A DNA stretch of 64,000 bases, from positions 26,828-90,827 of the forward strand of contig JBFMBP010000032.1 in the NCBI GenBank assembly GCA_040755155.1. Reading direction: 5' to 3'. This DNA is from Candidatus Omnitrophota bacterium. Lineage in GTDB: Bacteria > Hinthialibacterota > Hinthialibacteria > Hinthialibacterales > Hinthialibacteraceae. Of this stretch, positions 46,401 through 57,812 are shown piece by piece (position 1 is the stretch's first letter; every line of letters starts with the position of its first letter). The notes under the pieces are model-generated. The model saw only the letters and a program-made list of their open reading frames with translations. It was not told the DNA's origin and did no database searches. A program made the position numbers and the translations under genes.

Positions 46401-49400
46401 GGCTATTCTCTCCCCAGCGTTCATAATCAAAAGCGCCGTCTTCACCCGCGATAAAAATCCCTTGCGGCGGGGATTGGAGTTGAATAGCGGATAGGGCGGT
46501 GTCCAGGGACGATTTCCACGCTTCGCTGGTAATAAGGATCGCCGGTTCGATTTTATTGAGAATCGTTTCCAGCCGCTTGATGGGGCTGTCCACGTCGAGA
46601 GGAACAAAGACGCCGCCCGCCTTTTGCGCGGCGAGAATGCTGACGAGATAATTGATGCTGTTGCGCTGATAGACGCCAACCAAAACGCCGCGCTGGACGC
46701 CTCGTTCGCGCAGAGCGCGGGCGAGAATATTGGCGCGGCGATTCAGTTCGCGGTAAGAAATTTCCTTCCCAGCGCCATCGGCGGCGATGGCATCCGGCGT
46801 TCGGCGCGCTTGTTCTTCGAATAAATCCAATACCGTCGCATCGGCGCGATAGGAAGCAGCGGATGGCGTTGAAATATCATCGGCGCTTAGTTTTTCTCTT
46901 TCGCTTAAAATTTCTATTTCATCGAAAAGAATATTTTCATTTTGCAAAACGGCGGCGACGAGCGAGCGGAAATGGTTTTCCATATTTTCGATCTGTCGCC
47001 GATCATAGGCGTTGGCGTTATAGGTAAACTTGATTTCGGTTTCTTCACCCGGATGAATGACGATGCCGAAATCGTAGTGCATCTGCTCAACGCCGCGAAC
47101 ATTTTCGACGATAAAGCCAAGGGAAGAATGAGCCGATCCATCCTGCAGTTTTTGCGCCAGGGGAAAATTCTCGAAGACCAGCAAATGATTCAGCAGGTCA
47201 TGTTTCAACGGCGAACGCGTCTGAATTTCCACTAGCGGATAATAATGATGCGGCTCGCATTCCGCCGCCCGGCGTTGGACGTTTTGCGCCAATTCGGCAA
47301 AAGTTTGATGGTCGTCTATTCGAATGCGCACCGGCAAGGAATGGAGAAACAAGCCTACCATATTCTCCACGCCATTCACTTCCGCCGGACGTCCGGAAAC
47401 CACGGCGCCGAAGACAACGTCGCGTTTCCCGGAATAACGTCCTAACAAAATTCCCCACAAAGTCTGTATGACTGAATTCAAGGTCGCGCCCAATCGCGCC
47501 GCCAGTGCGTTCAGTCCGGCGCAGGTCTCTTTAGAAAGCGAAAAGGGACGTTCTTCCAAAGCGTATTCCGCAAACGTCCCTGCTATCCTGCCCAAAGGAA
47601 CGGCGAGCGCGTCGTAGCCTTCCAGATAGGCGTCCCAAAAACGGCGCGCGGCGTCTTTGTCCCGCTGTTCCAGCCAGTCGATGTAATCGCCATAAGAAGG
47701 CGCTGGAGCGAGCGCAAGCGGCTGTTTCGTTCGCAAGGCTTGATAGATGGACGCGAAATCCTCCTGCAATACGCCCAGAGACCAGCCGTCGAGGATGATG
47801 TGATGATGGCTCCAGACTACCTCGAAGGTTTTGTCTTCTATTTGCAGCAGCGCGATACGCATGAGGACGCAGCGGGTTAAATCGAAGGGACGGCGGCGAT
47901 CCTCTTGGCAGTAGTATTCGACGCGCGCCTCGCGTTCGGCGGCGGGCAGATGGCGCAGGTCTTGGTAATGAAACTCGGCGTCGCGTTTTTTCCACACGAT
48001 CTGCAAGGGGCGTTTGACTTGTTTATAAACAAAGGAAACGCGCAGAATCGCATGGCGCCTTACTAATTCGTTCCATGCAGATTCAAAGAGGCCGCGGTCC
48101 AAATCGCCGCGCAGGCGATAGGCGAATTGTTCGAAATAGGAATTGGAATTTTCTTCGGCCAGCGAATGATACAGCATCCCTTCCTGCATCGTGGAGAGAG
48201 GCAGAATGTCTTCCACTTCATGCGCCGCCGCGCCGATGGAGCGCAATAATGAATCGAATTCGTCCAAATTCAATTCGCAATAATGCAAATCGCTGGGAGT
48301 AATCTCATCATGAATTCGATCCCGGCAATAATCGATGACGCGCCGCAGCTCGTTTTGATAATTATCCAGAAAATGTTGGATGGTTTCCTGGCGATGGATG
48401 CGGCGGTTGTAATGAATGGCTAGTTGCAAACGCCCATCGAAAACGGCGCCTTCTATTTCCAATAGGTGAGCGCGTTCGACCTGATCTCCGCAAGAATGGC
48501 TTGTTGATTCCTTCGCCAAAGAGAAAAGGCGATTAGGCCCGGCGTCGAAACTACCCAAATAATTGAAAGCGATTTCCGGCGCCAGACCGAACGCCAAATC
48601 TTCTTTCAACTCCGCTAGCGTAAGATATTTCAATATTCCATAGCCGACGCCCTTCTTGGGAATCCGGCGCAGCGTTTCTTTAATGGTCTTAATTTGAAGT
48701 GGTAGATCGTTAGCGCCGGATATATCCAAGATGGCGGGATAAAGGCTAGTAAACCATCCCACGGTTCGGCTCGCATCGATGCCTTCGGCCACAGATTCGC
48801 GTCCATGCCCTTCGAGCAGCAGGCGAAAGCGTCCGCCGCCGCTCCAATTCTTGAGCGCGCGGCTTAGCGCCGTCAGCAACAGATCGTTGATCTCCGTGCG
48901 ATAGGCATGACTGGCGCGCTTGAGCAAATCCTCCGTTTCTTGCGCGGTTAGTTCTGCATGAAGTACATCTTCGTCTCGATACAGATTATCGGCGGCGTCA
49001 AAATCACGGGGGATAGCGTCCCAAGCGGTGGATTCAATTTCCCGCCAATAGGATTTTCCCGCCAATAGCGAATCGCTGCCGGCGTAAACATCAAGAGCAT
49101 CGCCCCATTGGATAAACGACGACGTTTTAGCGGGCAGATGAATGGTTTTTCCTTCCTGCGCTTGCCGGTAAGCGGATTCCAGGTCTTCCATAAGGATGCG
49201 CCAGGATACGCCGTCGATAACCAAATGGTGGAACAGCAACAGCAGCCGGTCGCCGTCTTCCAGCCGGAACAGCGCCGCTTTCATCAAGGGGCCGGTTTCC
49301 AGATTAAACGATTTCTGCATTTCCTCGGCGCGAGCTGTCAACGCCGCCGCGCCGTCTTTGTTTTGGCGCAAGTCCGCCGTTTCGAAATGAAGCGGATGGG

Positions 49401-52400
49401 AAAGACCATTCACTTCTTGGATAATATCGTCTCTCTGAAAGCGATAGCGCATACGCAAGGCGTCGTGATGTTCCTGAATGGCGGCTAACGCTTGCCGCAG
49501 CGCCGCTTCGTCGAGCTGCTCTTGCGCTCGCCATAAGGCGGCATGATTGAAATGATGGCGATCGGAGAAATGCTCCTTAAAGAACCAACGTTGAATCGGC
49601 GTCAGTCTCGCCTCGCCGACCGCCGCGCTCTGGTTGGCCGCGCGTGTGATTTCTTTCGCTTGCCCGGCGAGGACGGCGATGGTCCGCGCTTGGAAGAGTT
49701 GGCTCATCTCCACTTTCAGGCCCACCTGGTATAAGCGGCTGACGACTTGAATGGCTTTGATGGAATCGCCGCCCAAAGCGAAATAATCGTCGTAAATCCC
49801 CACGCTGGACGCGCCGAGAACTTCTTTCCACGCTTGCGCCAGTTTGGCTTCGATTGGATTTCGCGGAGCGGCGTAGGCCGTTCCCGTATTGATGGTTCGC
49901 CGATCAGGCGCAGGCAGCGCTTTTCGATCCACCTTGCCGTTAGCCGTTAAAGGGAATGTTTCCATCTGAACGAAATAGGATGGAATCATATAAACCGGCA
50001 GCGTCTGCGAAAGATGCTGGCGCAGCGTCTGGATGTTCAACGGTTCGGCGGCGGTGAAATAAGCCGTCAGTTCCTGCGCTCCGCTCTCGGCTTCATGCGC
50101 CAGGACTACAGCCTTTTCGATGCGGGGATGCTGCAACAGCTGATGGCCGATCTCTTCCAACTCGATGCGAAAGCCGCGGATTTGCACTTGTCGATCGTTG
50201 CGGCCTAAATACTCGACGCCGCCGTCAGCCAGCCTGCGTCCCAGATCACCCGTCCGGTAAAGCCGCTCGTTCTTGCGGAAGGGGCTGGCGAGAAAACGCT
50301 CTTTCGTCAATTCCGGACGGTTGAGGCAGCCCTGGCAAACGCCGGTTCCGCCGACGTAGATTTCGCCCGCGACGCCGATGGGCTGTTGGTTCATGAATTC
50401 GCCGCAAATATAGAGCGTGGTTTCGGGAATGGGGCGCCCGATGGGGCTGCGCCCGCCCGCGCCGGATATATCGCTCGATCGAATCGGATAATAAGTAACG
50501 TGCACCGTGGTTTCAGTGATGCCGTACATATTGATAAGAGCGATTTTGTCGAGGGGATACAGTTCCGTCCACGGGCGCAGAAAAGCCGGTTCCAGCCGGT
50601 CGCCGCCGAAGATGACATAACGCAGATGTTCGCCGAGGTTGTGAGTCTTTTGGCGCCGTTCCGCTTCGATCAGGTTGTAGAACGCGCCCGGCGTCTGATT
50701 CAAAACTGTGATTTTATTTTGCTGGATGAAATCCAAAAAAGCGTGGCTGTCCCGCGCGACTTCTTTTGGAACGACAACCGTTTTTCCTCCATACAATAAC
50801 GCTCCATACATTTCCCATACGGAAAAATCGAAGCAGAAGGAATGAGCGATGGCCCAAACGTCGTTTTCATGAAAATCGAAATCGAATCGGCTGTTTTTCA
50901 TCAATCGTACGACGTTGCGGTGCGTAATCAGGCAGCCTTTAGGCTTGCCCGTCGAACCTGAAGTATAGATGACGTAGGCGGGCATATCCGGCTTAGCCGC
51001 CGGAGCTGGATTGGAGGTTTCAGCGGAAGCGAAGGAATGGATATCGACGGCTTTTTCCCGAACAGCGGGCGCCAGCGTTTGCGCTAGCGTTCCGCTGGTC
51101 AAGAGAACGCGGCAGCCGCTGTCTTCCATCATGAAATTAAGCCGCTCCGCCGGATATTCGGGATCGAGGGGAACATACGCGCCGCCTGCTTTTAAAACGC
51201 CAAGCAGAGCGACGGGCGTCCATTCGCTGCGTTCGAGCAGAACGCCGACGAGATCGCCCGGCTTGACTCCGTATTGTTGGCGCAGGGCGTTGGCGATTCG
51301 ATTCGCCCGCGCATTCAATTCCCGATATGCAAGAACGGCGCCGCCGAAAACGACGGCGGGACGATCCGGCGTCTGATGGACTTGTTCTTCGAAAAGATCG
51401 GCAAGCGTCTTATTCTGGGGATAATCGGCGCTAGTGTTATTCCACTGCGCCAGCTGATCGCGCTCTTCATGCGTGAGAATATCCATGCCGCCGATAGGAC
51501 GATCGGGAGAAGCCGCGATTTCCTGCAAAATTTTCAAGAAATATCCGCGCCAGCGTTCCGCTGTCTCCCGCTTGAAGAGACGAGTGGAATATTGAAAATC
51601 GAGATGCAGCGTTTCGCTCTCTTCAACAATATCAAGACTAAAATCGAACATGGAAGCGGGAAGATGAATCTCTCGCGCCATGAAAGTAAGGTCTTTGATC
51701 GTGAAGACGCGCGAATCGGCGTTTTCGTAAGACAACATCGCGTCGAATAGCGCATGGCGGCTTTGAGAGCGGGATGCATTCCACTCCGCCAATTTTTCGA
51801 AGGGATAATCTTGGTTGTCGTAGACGGCGGCGCAGGTGTTCTTGACGGAATCGAGAAATTCGCGGAAAGGCGCATCCCCGCGCGGATGGCAGCGCAAAAC
51901 CACGGTATTGACGAACATGCCTACGGCTTCCGCCAATTCGGCGCGCTGGCGTCCGGATGCGGGGCCGCCTACGAGAATGTCGTCCTGGCCCGTGAGCCTA
52001 TAAAGCAGAACGTTATAAGCCGCCAAGAGCAGCATGTAGAGCGAGGCGCCGGATTGCTTGGCCAGCGTTTTCAATCGGCGCAGCAAAGGCGCGTCTACTA
52101 ATGCCAAAAGATGATCGCCTTCGAATGACAACTCGGCAGGACGGGGATAATCGGAAGGTAAGTTCAACGCTGGAAGCGTTCCGCCAAGCTGTTCCCGCCA
52201 GAAGGCTTCCTGTTTGGCGATCTTCTGCGATTTCTGCTCCTCTTCGATCAAGCGCAGACATTCCCGGTAGGAATGTTTGATCGGCGTCAGTGAAAGCCCT
52301 TGATAAAGCGCCATCAAATCGCGGGCGATGATATTGAAGGAGATGCCATCGACGGCGATGTGGTGGGCGTCGGCCATCAAGAGATAACGATCGGGCCGGA

Positions 52401-55400
52401 TTTTAACGACGCCGACGCGCAGCAGCGGCGCTTGCTCCAGATCGAAGGGGCGCAGAAATTGTTTTTCGATTTCGCCGATGCCATCTTCATCTGCTTCGTA
52501 GCGCTCGACGGAGAAACGCGGCTCGTCGGCGATGTGCTGGGTCAATTCACCGTCAATGACGAGAAAACGAGCGCGCAGGCTTTCATAACGGCGGATGATT
52601 TGGGCGAAACAATCTTCCAATTTGTCGACATCGAGCGGTCCGTCGATCCAGAAGGACTGCGGCAGATGGTATGGGAACTGGCCGCCGGGACGTTGGCTCA
52701 GCGCGTAAAGCCGCCGCTGCGTCGAGGAAGGCGCTAGGAAGCGGCGCGGCGCGTCTTCCGGCGCTTCGAAGGCGAATCCAGCGGCGCGGATTTCCTCTAT
52801 GCTTTCCTTGATGCTCCACAAAACGAGGTCGATGTCCTCTTCGCTATGCGCCGCCGAAAAGAAGCAAATCCGGCGTTCCCATGTATAAACGCCATTAATC
52901 ATCAATAACAAATAAAGTATCTCCATCTCGATGGGATGAAGATGATCGGATTCGCTCAGCGGAACCAGGCGCCATTGCGAGGCGAAATGCTTTGCCCGCA
53001 TAGGAATCCGCTCCTTTTCACACCAATAATTTAAAGCGTCGCAGAAGGCCGTCGTGCGGCGCGTGGTTTCTTCCTGCAAGGCGGGGCCGCTTTCCTTCAG
53101 TTTCAGAAGCGCGGCGCGGGCCGACGCCATCGTCATGGGATTGCGTCCGAAGGTGCCGCCGAAATAGATCATATCCGAACGCGGGCCGGAGTTGTCGCCG
53201 TAATCCCATGCGCCGCCGTCGATGTAATCGAGATACTTCGTCTTGCCTGCGATGACGCCGATGGGCATCCCGCCGCCGACAATCTTACCGTAAGTTGCGA
53301 TGTCGGCTTGTACGCCGAACCATGCCTGGGCGCCGCCGGGATGAATACGGAAGCCGGTAATCATTTCATCGAAAATGAGCGCGATCTCCCGTTCCCGCGT
53401 CAATCGCCGCAGCCGCCGCAGAAACACCTGCGGTTGCAAATCGGGATTGCGGCTTTGCGCCGGTTCCACCAGCACGGCGGCGATTTCCGGCGCATGAGCG
53501 GCGATGAATTCCAACGATTCCGGCGCGTCGTATTCCAAAACGATCACGTCTTCGATCATGCCGCGAGGCGTACCCAAGCCGACGGGAGCGATTTCGCCGT
53601 CCGCTTCTTCCGCTAGCACGCCGTCGAAGATGCCGTGATAGGAATTTTTAAAGAGGACTATTTTGTTTCGCCGCGCCGCCGCCCGCGCCAGGCGCAGCGC
53701 CACCATCACGGCTTCCGTGCCCGTGTTGCTGAATGTAACGCGCTCCATGCCCGTCAACTCGCAGATCAACCGCGCGACTTCGCCTGTCAAATCGCATTGC
53801 GTTCCTAGCTCCATGCCTTCCGCCATTTGGCGGGTGAGAGCGTCGACGATGAAGGGGGGAGTATGGCCGAAGAAATGCACGCCCATGCCCATCGCGATAT
53901 CGATATACTCGTTGCCGTCCACATCCCAAAATCGCGAGCCATGCGAGCGGGCGGAGACGATGGGAAATTTCGCTTCTTTGAATTGGCCCCAATAAGAGAG
54001 CGTATGCTTCCAATCCGCCAGCGTCGAGCGGGATTGGCTCGTCATGGTTTTAGAGGTTTTCGCGCGCTCTGTATGGCGGCGGATAACGCCGTCGATGAAC
54101 GCCCGCTGTTCCGGCGTAAATGCGCTGCCTTTTTTGAGATTAAGCGAACGGAATTTTTCCGCGCCCTTGCCCATTTTTTTTGCTTCCGTTTTAGAGGCGA
54201 CAGATGGCGTGCTGGAGGCTTTCGGTAATGGTGAAATCTCTCCCGCAGGCGGCGCTAAAATGGAAGATGGCTGGCGCAACAGTTCCGAAACGATCTGCGC
54301 GTTTTGGGCGGATATCTGCGAGAGGCATTGCAATTGCTGCTGCATGAGTTGCAGCAGCGCGTTTCCGCCGCTGAGAGCGGTGGTTGGAATGGTCTGAACA
54401 TTAGCAGGCGGCGTTGGGGGCATAGACAACGGTTCGAAGGCGGGCGGCGTTGGTGGAGGCGGCGCGGCGGCTTCCTTGATGGCGCCATGTTGAACCAGAT
54501 GAGCGGATAGATCGTCGAGATTGATAAGTTCTTGGAAAAATTGGCTCATCTGCAATTCGACGCCGTAGCGGTTTTTGATCTCCAATCCCATTTTCAGCAG
54601 CATCAGCGAATCCAATCCCATTTCCATCAAATTGTCCTGAGGTTGGATGTCTTGCGGAGCGAAGCCGCCGATTTCCGCCAGAATTTTCGTCAAATCGACC
54701 AATACTCTTTTTCGAACATCGTCAATGCTGGTAGAGCTTATTTGTTTATTATCAATAGCCGATGAAGCCGCTTGCAAATCTTTCATCTCTTCGATGGTTG
54801 CCTCCTGACAATGAACCGCGTTAATTTTTTCCGCCCGTATGGGAGATAGATCGAGCCAATACCGTTTTCGTTGGAAGGGGTAGTTTGGAAGAACAACTTT
54901 CCGATAAGCGTAGGGCGCGTCGAATCCTTCCCAATCGATATCCGCTCCATGAACGTACAAAAGACCCAAACTCGCTAACATGCGCCGCCAGTCGTCCACG
55001 CCTTTGCGCAGCGACGGCAGCCATAAGCGATCGTCTCCCGGCGCGCATTGGCGTCCTAGCGCCGTGAGCGCATCCATCGGGCCGATTTCTAAAAACAGGA
55101 TATAGCCGTCGCCAACCATAGATTGAATGGCGTTATAAAAAAGCACCGGCTGCAAAATTTGCTGGCTCCAATAGGAGGGCGAAGCGATTTCTTTCGGCGG
55201 AATCAAACCACCCGCCGCGGTGGAATAGAACGGAATTTGGGGGGGAGAAAATGTCATCTTCGCCGCCTGCGCTGCAAAATCCTTTACTATCGGCTCCATG
55301 CGGCGCGAGTGGAAAGCGTGAGATACGCGCAGCGGGCGCGATTCGATTTGCTCTTTTTTGAATCGATCCAATACCGCGTGAATCGCATCCTCGTCTCCGG

Positions 55401-57591
55401 AAATCGTAATGCGTTCAGGCCCATTTACCGCCGCAATGGAAATTCGCTCGCCATAGGCGCTAATGGCGTTGCGTACAGCCGCTTCCGAGGCGAAGACGGC
55501 GGCCATCGTTCCGCCTGCTGGCAGGCTTTGCATTAGCCGCCCCCGCTCCGCCGCCAGTTGCAATCCCGTCTCCAGCGTAAAAACGCCTGCAGCGCAAGCG
55601 GCAGCGTATTCGCCGATGCTGTGGCCCACAACTGCCGAGGGGGTGATGCCCCAAGAACTCCATAATTCCGTCAGCGCATATTCAATGGCGAATAATGCAG
55701 GCTGGGTAATGGCGGTTTGATTCAACGCTTCTACTTCTTCGGCGGCTTCGCTGTAGAGAAGATCGATAAGCGAAGGCTTGAACTGCGTTCGCAGCAGCGC
55801 GTCGCAGCGCTCCAACGCCTCGCGGAACACCGCCTGCGTTTGGAATAATACGCGGCCCATGCCGACGTACTGTGCGCCTTGGCCCGTATAGAGAAAAGCA
55901 ATTCCCTTCGCGCCCAGTTCGCTCTTTTCGCGGCTTTGTATTAGATTCGGCGCGGCTTCGCCCTTCCCATATGCCTCAAGTGCTTGAGCCATTTCCTCTT
56001 TCGAAGCGCCAATCAACGCCAGGCGCTGCGTGAAATGCGCCCGGTTTATGACGGTATGGCATAGATCGGCGAGAGGAGAGCCGTCCTCGCTTAGGAATTG
56101 GCGATAGCGTTCCCCCAGTTCTTGCAAGGCGATATCGTTTTGCGCCGAGAGAGGAAGAATATGCAGCGGGCGTTCGGCTTTTACGTTTGCCGCAGGAGAA
56201 AATTCCGGCGCTTCCTCTATAAGAACATGGGCGTTAGTGCCGCTTAATCCAAACGAACTGACGCCCGCTACGCGGGGCGCATCGGTCTTGATCCAATCCA
56301 TCGCCTCGCTGACGACTTTAATGGGCGTTTCGTTCCAAGGAATATGCTGGTTTGGCGTATGGTAATGCAGACTGGCGGGAATCTTTTTATGTTGTAGAGA
56401 GAGGATGACTTTGATGACGCCCGCAATGCCCGCGGATGCTTCCGTATGGCCGATATTGGTTTTCACGGAGCCGATGAGTAGTTTCTTTTCCGGCGGCCGT
56501 CCCTTGCGAAAAACTTCGCTCAGCGCGTTGACCTCAATAGGATCGCCGAGAATGGTGCCGGTGCCGTGGGCTTCGATATAATCGACATCGTTCGGAGATA
56601 GATCCGCTGCGTCCAGCGCTTTACGAATCGCTTCGCGCTGGGCGGGGCCGTTGGGAGCCGTCAGGCCGTTGCTGCGCCCGTCATGATTGACGGCGGCGCC
56701 GCGGATGACGGCGAGTAGGCGGTCGCCGTCCCGCTGCGCTTCCGATAGGCGCTTGAGCAAAATCAACCCGCAGCCTTCGCCGCGGCCATAGCCGGAAGCG
56801 GCGTTATCGAACGTGCGGCAGCGTCCATCGCGAGAAAGCGCATTGACCTTGGCAAGAGCAATGAAACTATCCAATGAGAGCAAAAGGTTGACGCCGCCGG
56901 TCAGCGCCAAATCGGATTCGCCGCTCCATAAACTTTGGATCGCCAGATGCAGCGAGACGAGGGAGGATGAGCAAGCCGTATCCACCGTTAGGCACGGTCC
57001 GCGAAAATCGTAGGTATACGACAGCCGTCCGGCGGCGGTGCTGAACATGACGCCGCTGCCGGAATAGGGCGTGATGCGCGCGGCGTCGCCGGAATGAATA
57101 TGCGCTTGAATGTAATCGTAATTGGAAAGGCCGAGGAAAACGCCGGTGCGGCTGCCGCGCAGTTTGGCGATATTGACGCCCGCGTTTTCCAGCGTTTCCC
57201 AACTGACTTCCAAGAGAATCCGCTGCTGGGGATCGATGGCTTCCGCCTCGCGGGGCGTGATGCCGAAAAAGGCGGCGTCGAATCGATCGGCGTTTTTCAA
57301 GAACGCGCCGCAACGGGTATACATTTTACCCGGCGCGTCGCCGTTGGGATCGTAATAAGCGTCCACATCCCAGCGATCCGGGGGAATCTCCGCGACGGCG
57401 TCCACTCCATTAATTAACAGATTCCAAAATGCTTCGGGAGAGTTGGCATCGCCGGGAAAACGGCAGCCAACGCCGATGACGGCGATCGGCTCCTTCTTTT
57501 TCAGCGAATCGTTTTCCGCCAGTAATTCTTTAATTTTGGCGGACGCTTTTTTCAGCGTTTGAACATACTTTTGTTCGGCAGCTTGATCCAT
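40450..57591 (-). CDS. Hybrid PKS-NRPS megasynthase: KS-AT-ACP-AMT-C-A-T-E-C-A-T-C-A-T-E
   Basis: Single 5713-aa ORF. Motif anchors (nt): KS DTACSSS 56961-56985; AT GHSIGE 55608-55632 with HAFH (malonyl-type); ACP GLDSLM 54601-54630; aminotransferase 52900-53975; C1 HHIAVDG 52341-52370; A1 SGSTGKPKG 50941-50973; T1 49747-49773; E1 [10 protein letters not shown] 49201-49240; C2 ([11 protein letters not shown]) HHHIILDGW 47781-47815; A2 SGSTGEPKA 46291-46335; T2 GGNSLNAI 45100-45140; C3 (LCL) HHIVFDGW 44541-44575; A3 SGSTGRPKG 43111-43155; T3 41965-41995; E2 [10 protein letters not shown] 41421-41460. Confidence 0.92.
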   Translation of the reverse strand: MDQAAEQKYVQTLKKASAKIKELLAENDSLKKKEPIAVIGVGCRFPGDANSPEAFWNLLINGVDAVAEIPPDRWDVDAYYDPNGDAPGKMYTRCGAFLKNADRFDAAFFGITPREAEAIDPQQRILLEVSWETLENAGVNIAKLRGSRTGVFLGLSNYDYIQAHIHSGDAARITPYSGSGVMFSTAAGRLSYTYDFRGPCLTVDTACSSSLVSLHLAIQSLWSGESDLALTGGVNLLLSLDSFIALAKVNALSRDGRCRTFDNAASGYGRGEGCGLILLKRLSEAQRDGDRLLAVIRGAAVNHDGRSNGLTAPNGPAQREAIRKALDAADLSPNDVDYIEAHGTGTILGDPIEVNALSEVFRKGRPPEKKLLIGSVKTNIGHTEASAGIAGVIKVILSLQHKKIPASLHYHTPNQHIPWNETPIKVVSEAMDWIKTDAPRVAGVSSFGLSGTNAHVLIEEAPEFSPAANVKAERPLHILPLSAQNDIALQELGERYRQFLSEDGSPLADLCHTVINRAHFTQRLALIGASKEEMAQALEAYGKGEAAPNLIQSREKSELGAKGIAFLYTGQGAQYVGMGRVLFQTQAVFREALERCDALLRTQFKPSLIDLLYSEAAEEVEALNQTAITQPALFAIEYALTELWSSWGITPSAVVGHSIGEYAAACAAGVFTLETGLQLAAERGRLMQSLPAGGTMAAVFASEAAVRNAISAYGERISIAAVNGPERITISGDEDAIHAVLDRFKKEQIESRPLRVSHAFHSRRMEPIVKDFAAQAAKMTFSPPQIPFYSTAAGGLIPPKEIASPSYWSQQILQPVLFYNAIQSMVGDGYILFLEIGPMDALTALGRQCAPGDDRLWLPSLRKGVDDWRRMLASLGLLYVHGADIDWEGFDAPYAYRKVVLPNYPFQRKRYWLDLSPIRAEKINAVHCQEATIEEMKDLQAASSAIDNKQISSTSIDDVRKRVLVDLTKILAEIGGFAPQDIQPQDNLMEMGLDSLMLLKMGLEIKNRYGVELQMSQFFQELINLDDLSAHLVQHGAIKEAAAPPPPTPPAFEPLSMPPTPPANVQTIPTTALSGGNALLQLMQQQLQCLSQISAQNAQIVSELLRQPSSILAPPAGEISPLPKASSTPSVASKTEAKKMGKGAEKFRSLNLKKGSAFTPEQRAFIDGVIRRHTERAKTSKTMTSQSRSTLADWKHTLSYWGQFKEAKFPIVSARSHGSRFWDVDGNEYIDIAMGMGVHFFGHTPPFIVDALTRQMAEGMELGTQCDLTGEVARLICELTGMERVTFSNTGTEAVMVALRLARAAARRNKIVLFKNSYHGIFDGVLAEEADGEIAPVGLGTPRGMIEDVIVLEYDAPESLEFIAAHAPEIAAVLVEPAQSRNPDLQPQVFLRRLRRLTREREIALIFDEMITGFRIHPGGAQAWFGVQADIATYGKIVGGGMPIGVIAGKTKYLDYIDGGAWDYGDNSGPRSDMIYFGGTFGRNPMTMASARAALLKLKESGPALQEETTRRTTAFCDALNYWCEKERIPMRAKHFASQWRLVPLSESDHLHPIEMEILYLLLMINGVYTWERRICFFSAAHSEEDIDLVLWSIKESIEEIRAAGFAFEAPEDAPRRFLAPSSTQRRLYALSQRPGGQFPYHLPQSFWIDGPLDVDKLEDCFAQIIRRYESLRARFLVIDGELTQHIADEPRFSVERYEADEDGIGEIEKQFLRPFDLEQAPLLRVGVVKIRPDRYLLMADAHHIAVDGISFNIIARDLMALYQGLSLTPIKHSYRECLRLIEEEQKSQKIAKQEAFWREQLGGTLPALNLPSDYPRPAELSFEGDHLLALVDAPLLRRLKTLAKQSGASLYMLLLAAYNVLLYRLTGQDDILVGGPASGRQRAELAEAVGMFVNTVVLRCHPRGDAPFREFLDSVKNTCAAVYDNQDYPFEKLAEWNASRSQSRHALFDAMLSYENADSRVFTIKDLTFMAREIHLPASMFDFSLDIVEESETLHLDFQYSTRLFKRETAERWRGYFLKILQEIAASPDRPIGGMDILTHEERDQLAQWNNTSADYPQNKTLADLFEEQVHQTPDRPAVVFGGAVLAYRELNARANRIANALRQQYGVKPGDLVGVLLERSEWTPVALLGVLKAGGAYVPLDPEYPAERLNFMMEDSGCRVLLTSGTLAQTLAPAVREKAVDIHSFASAETSNPAPAAKPDMPAYVIYTSGSTGKPKGCLITHRNVVRLMKNSRFDFDFHENDVWAIAHSFCFDFSVWEMYGALLYGGKTVVVPKEVARDSHAFLDFIQQNKITVLNQTPGAFYNLIEAERRQKTHNLGEHLRYVIFGGDRLEPAFLRPWTELYPLDKIALINMYGITETTVHVTYYPIRSSDISGAGGRSPIGRPIPETTLYICGEFMNQQPIGVAGEIYVGGTGVCQGCLNRPELTKERFLASPFRKNERLYRTGDLGRRLADGGVEYLGRNDRQVQIRGFRIELEEIGHQLLQHPRIEKAVVLAHEAESGAQELTAYFTAAEPLNIQTLRQHLSQTLPVYMIPSYFVQMETFPLTANGKVDRKALPAPDRRTINTGTAYAAPRNPIEAKLAQAWKEVLGASSVGIYDDYFALGGDSIKAIQVVSRLYQVGLKVEMSQLFQARTIAVLAGQAKEITRAANQSAAVGEARLTPIQRWFFKEHFSDRHHFNHAALWRAQEQLDEAALRQALAAIQEHHDALRMRYRFQRDDIIQEVNGLSHPLHFETADLRQNKDGAAALTARAEEMQKSFNLETGPLMKAALFRLEDGDRLLLLFHHLVIDGVSWRILMEDLESAYRQAQEGKTIHLPAKTSSFIQWGDALDVYAGSDSLLAGKSYWREIESTAWDAIPRDFDAADNLYRDEDVLHAELTAQETEDLLKRASHAYRTEINDLLLTALSRALKNWSGGGRFRLLLEGHGRESVAEGIDASRTVGWFTSLYPAILDISGANDLPLQIKTIKETLRRIPKKGVGYGILKYLTLAELKEDLAFGLAPEIAFNYLGSFDAGPNRLFSLAKESTSHSCGDQVERAHLLEIEGAVFDGRLQLAIHYNRRIHRQETIQHFLDNYQNELRRVIDYCRDRIHDEITPSDLHYCELNLDEFDSLLRSIGAAAHEVEDILPLSTMQEGMLYHSLAEENSNSYFEQFAYRLRGDLDRGLFESAWNELVRRHAILRVSFVYKQVKRPLQIVWKKRDAEFHYQDLRHLPAAEREARVEYYCQEDRRRPFDLTRCVLMRIALLQIEDKTFEVVWSHHHIILDGWSLGVLQEDFASIYQALRTKQPLALAPAPSYGDYIDWLEQRDKDAARRFWDAYLEGYDALAVPLGRIAGTFAEYALEERPFSLSKETCAGLNALAARLGATLNSVIQTLWGILLGRYSGKRDVVFGAVVSGRPAEVNGVENMVGLFLHSLPVRIRIDDHQTFAELAQNVQRRAAECEPHHYYPLVEIQTRSPLKHDLLNHLLVFENFPLAQKLQDGSAHSSLGFIVENVRGVEQMHYDFGIVIHPGEETEIKFTYNANAYDRRQIENMENHFRSLVAAVLQNENILFDEIEILSEREKLSADDISTPSAASYRADATVLDLFEEQARRTPDAIAADGAGKEISYRELNRRANILARALRERGVQRGVLVGVYQRNSINYLVSILAAQKAGGVFVPLDVDSPIKRLETILNKIEPAILITSEAWKSSLDTALSAIQLQSPPQGIFIAGEDGAFDYERWGENSRAAVTSGKADENLEDRPVPGDSLYVIFTSGSTGEPKAILSSHEGLSHFIQWEISEFGFDASVRASNLALTTFDVSLRDIFVPLLSGGIVCIPDHELRGNASLLLRWLDEKQVSLMHIVPSIFRMLLNEIEARGERKKILSAMRFVILAGEALLGKDVLRGRECLGDQTQFVNLYGPSETTLAKIFNRLDGPIGDPNKIIPIGKPIQGANVFILKEKKTAAAGAIGEICIQPPFRCQGYFRDPAMTVERFVHNPLSDNPDDIIYRTGDLGRFLPDGAIDFIGRVDRQVKINGVRVELAEIDRAVLASPEIDQTLAAVHKRADGQEALACYYTEKTPIDGAVLRERLRDYLPPAMIPSFFVRMDAFPLNVNGKIDRRALPKPEELIYDRIAYEPPAGETEEKLAAIWRETLGLERVGVNSPFLEIGGNSLNAIRILSWIHRDFGVDVSIRLFFERSTIRQLAEYIRTAQKRDYAAIEPLPPRPDYAVSHAQRRLWILSQLEVASEAYSLPTALLLEGSFNVIALRKALETIVKRHESLRTTFASIAGEPRQIIHDDIGFQVELIDVSGESQSEEKAKKLARQDAVQRFDLTRGPLLRAKLVKLGEHRHILLVNIHHIVFDGWSASVIVNELLTLYQAFAKNEENPLAPLKIHYKDYAAWQNALLTSEAIQPHREYWRQQFTPEPPPLNLPTDRPRPAIQTFNGDKVVCAWDKDFASMLRRFAREHGGSLFMTLTALVKTLFYRYSGQEDIIIGSPIAGRDHADLENQIGFYVNTLALRDRLKGSDSFAQTFEKIKRTAEEALEHRAYPFDRLVDDLGLERDMSRPPLFEVMLILQDKNQREFELEGVKIGDFIDVFQVSKFAISFEFVEKNNGEMLLNLEYNTDLFDRGRMERMAQHLAELAKNAVADPSQSINKINILPEWERRQVLTEFNDCIAPYPQEKTIAAQFEEIAAAAPDRLAVICEEAQLTYAELNERANKLAHRLREDYGIGPDKLAAVLLDRSEWTPIVFLGIVKAGGAYLPIDPSYPRDRIDYMLSDSQCSVVLTDEKHRKMFGETLKNAADICALQDGSPANPISAAKADNLAYVIYTSGSTGRPKGVMLEHSGALNLAAWHKSGLGVTAQDRVLQFAPSSFDASVWEMLMALLQGACLVVAGRERVDDYRRFADYINEKQVTIATLPPSYAAELKAEDLPSLRLLVSAGEAARVDDALAFAQCLRFVNAYGPTESTVCATAHEVDALRIYNGAIPIGKPISNFEILILDEYKNPAPIGVPGEIGIGGAGLARGYLRRDDLTASAFISHPFKPGRRLYLTGDLGYWLPGGEVVYMGRRDDQVKVRGFRIECGEIEHHLLQHPKINGAAVVVRDAADGAKELIGYIAASEVLDAAALKDYLAKTLPDYMIPTRWAQLDAMPLSPSGKVDRKALPAPEAFALGSKTEYAAPRNETEAVMAKIWQDVLGRKTVGIHERFFEIGGDSIKAIQTVSRLRQAGVALEMKDLFQSPTIAALAGKTRAAKKEVMQEAAAGAVALTPIQHWFFEERRKDLHHFNHSALLKAKDRFDESALKLALEALQNHHDALRMRFHIQHDKIVQEYAPLPVPLSFETIDMRKAKDGKRDFLACAETMQRSLNLEKGPLMKTALCRLKDGDRLLIVIHHLVVDIVSWGVLFEDLATAYRQTLAGREIRLPMKTDSFKQWSEALRKFSETPSLLRELDYWTKTAAAETAPIPVDFPISVNRYGDSETVGLTLSSAATNDWLAKTNHAFKTETSDLLLTALARALKRWHGGNRCLIMLEGHGRETAVPGVDVSHTAGWFTSLYPVVLELRGKNDIGGQIKEIKETLRRIPNKGIGYGALRYLTPPERLGGASLLIHGEIGFNYLGRIDEKQKDGTFALSQEPCGSVAGKNLERSHLLDVGCMIQNDRLEITILFNRAIHRRQTIEQFLEHYAAELNEIVAYCQSRQTAEITPSDVSRVKMDLNEFEDIFQDE
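42130..43620 (-). other. Adenylation domain A3 (approximate bounds), Phe-type code
   Basis: Manual alignment to GrsA-PheA gives D-A-W-T-V-A-A-V-C-K ([34 protein letters not shown]). Confidence 0.6.
45270..46850 (-). other. Adenylation domain A2 (approximate bounds), non-canonical code
   Basis: Manual alignment gives D-V-R-H-I-A-L-L-A-K ([34 protein letters not shown]). I cannot assign a substrate. Confidence 0.5.
49920..51400 (-). other. Adenylation domain A1 (approximate bounds), Thr code
   Basis: Manual alignment gives D-F-W-N-I-G-M-V-H-K ([33 protein letters not shown]), the canonical Thr code. Confidence 0.65.
52900..53975 (-). other. Embedded class-III (GSA-aminomutase-like) PLP aminotransferase domain (approximate bounds)
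   Basis: ..[36 protein letters not shown].. (anchor 53957-53975), [17 protein letters not shown], and the PLP-lysine context [14 protein letters not shown] (about 53284). It sits between the ACP and the first C domain. Confidence 0.8.
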
Positions 57592-57638
57592 ATTCCAACT
57601 TCCCGAAACTTCGCATTTTCAATAGGTGAACTATCATG

Positions 57639-57670
57639 CAGGGTAGGCTAAAAGCGAAGTACAGCCTTCC
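57639..57670 (+). repeat. REP-like hairpin, family B (diverged copy)
   Basis: gcagggtaggctaaaagcgaagtacagccttc, in the spacer between the two megasynthase genes. Confidence 0.55.
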
Positions 57671-57713
57671 TTGTCAATATCTAATAACTACTCCTGAGAA
57701 AAAAATTAAAACT

Positions 57714-57799
57714 GTAGGATGGATCATGTCGTTTGACCCATCAATTACTCCATTCTTTAAATATCGATGGGTCAAAAAACGCGACCCATCCTACTTTTC
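57714..57799. repeat. Inverted pair of family-C REP-like units forming an ~85-nt hairpin
   Basis: gtaggatggatcatgtcgtttgacccatc (57714-57742) matches the reverse complement of gatgggtcaaaaaacgcgacccatcctac (57771-57799) at 23 of 29 positions. The right unit is near-identical to 16398-16430. Confidence 0.7.
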
Positions 57800-57812
57800 T
57801 GCCTGTCCCGCT

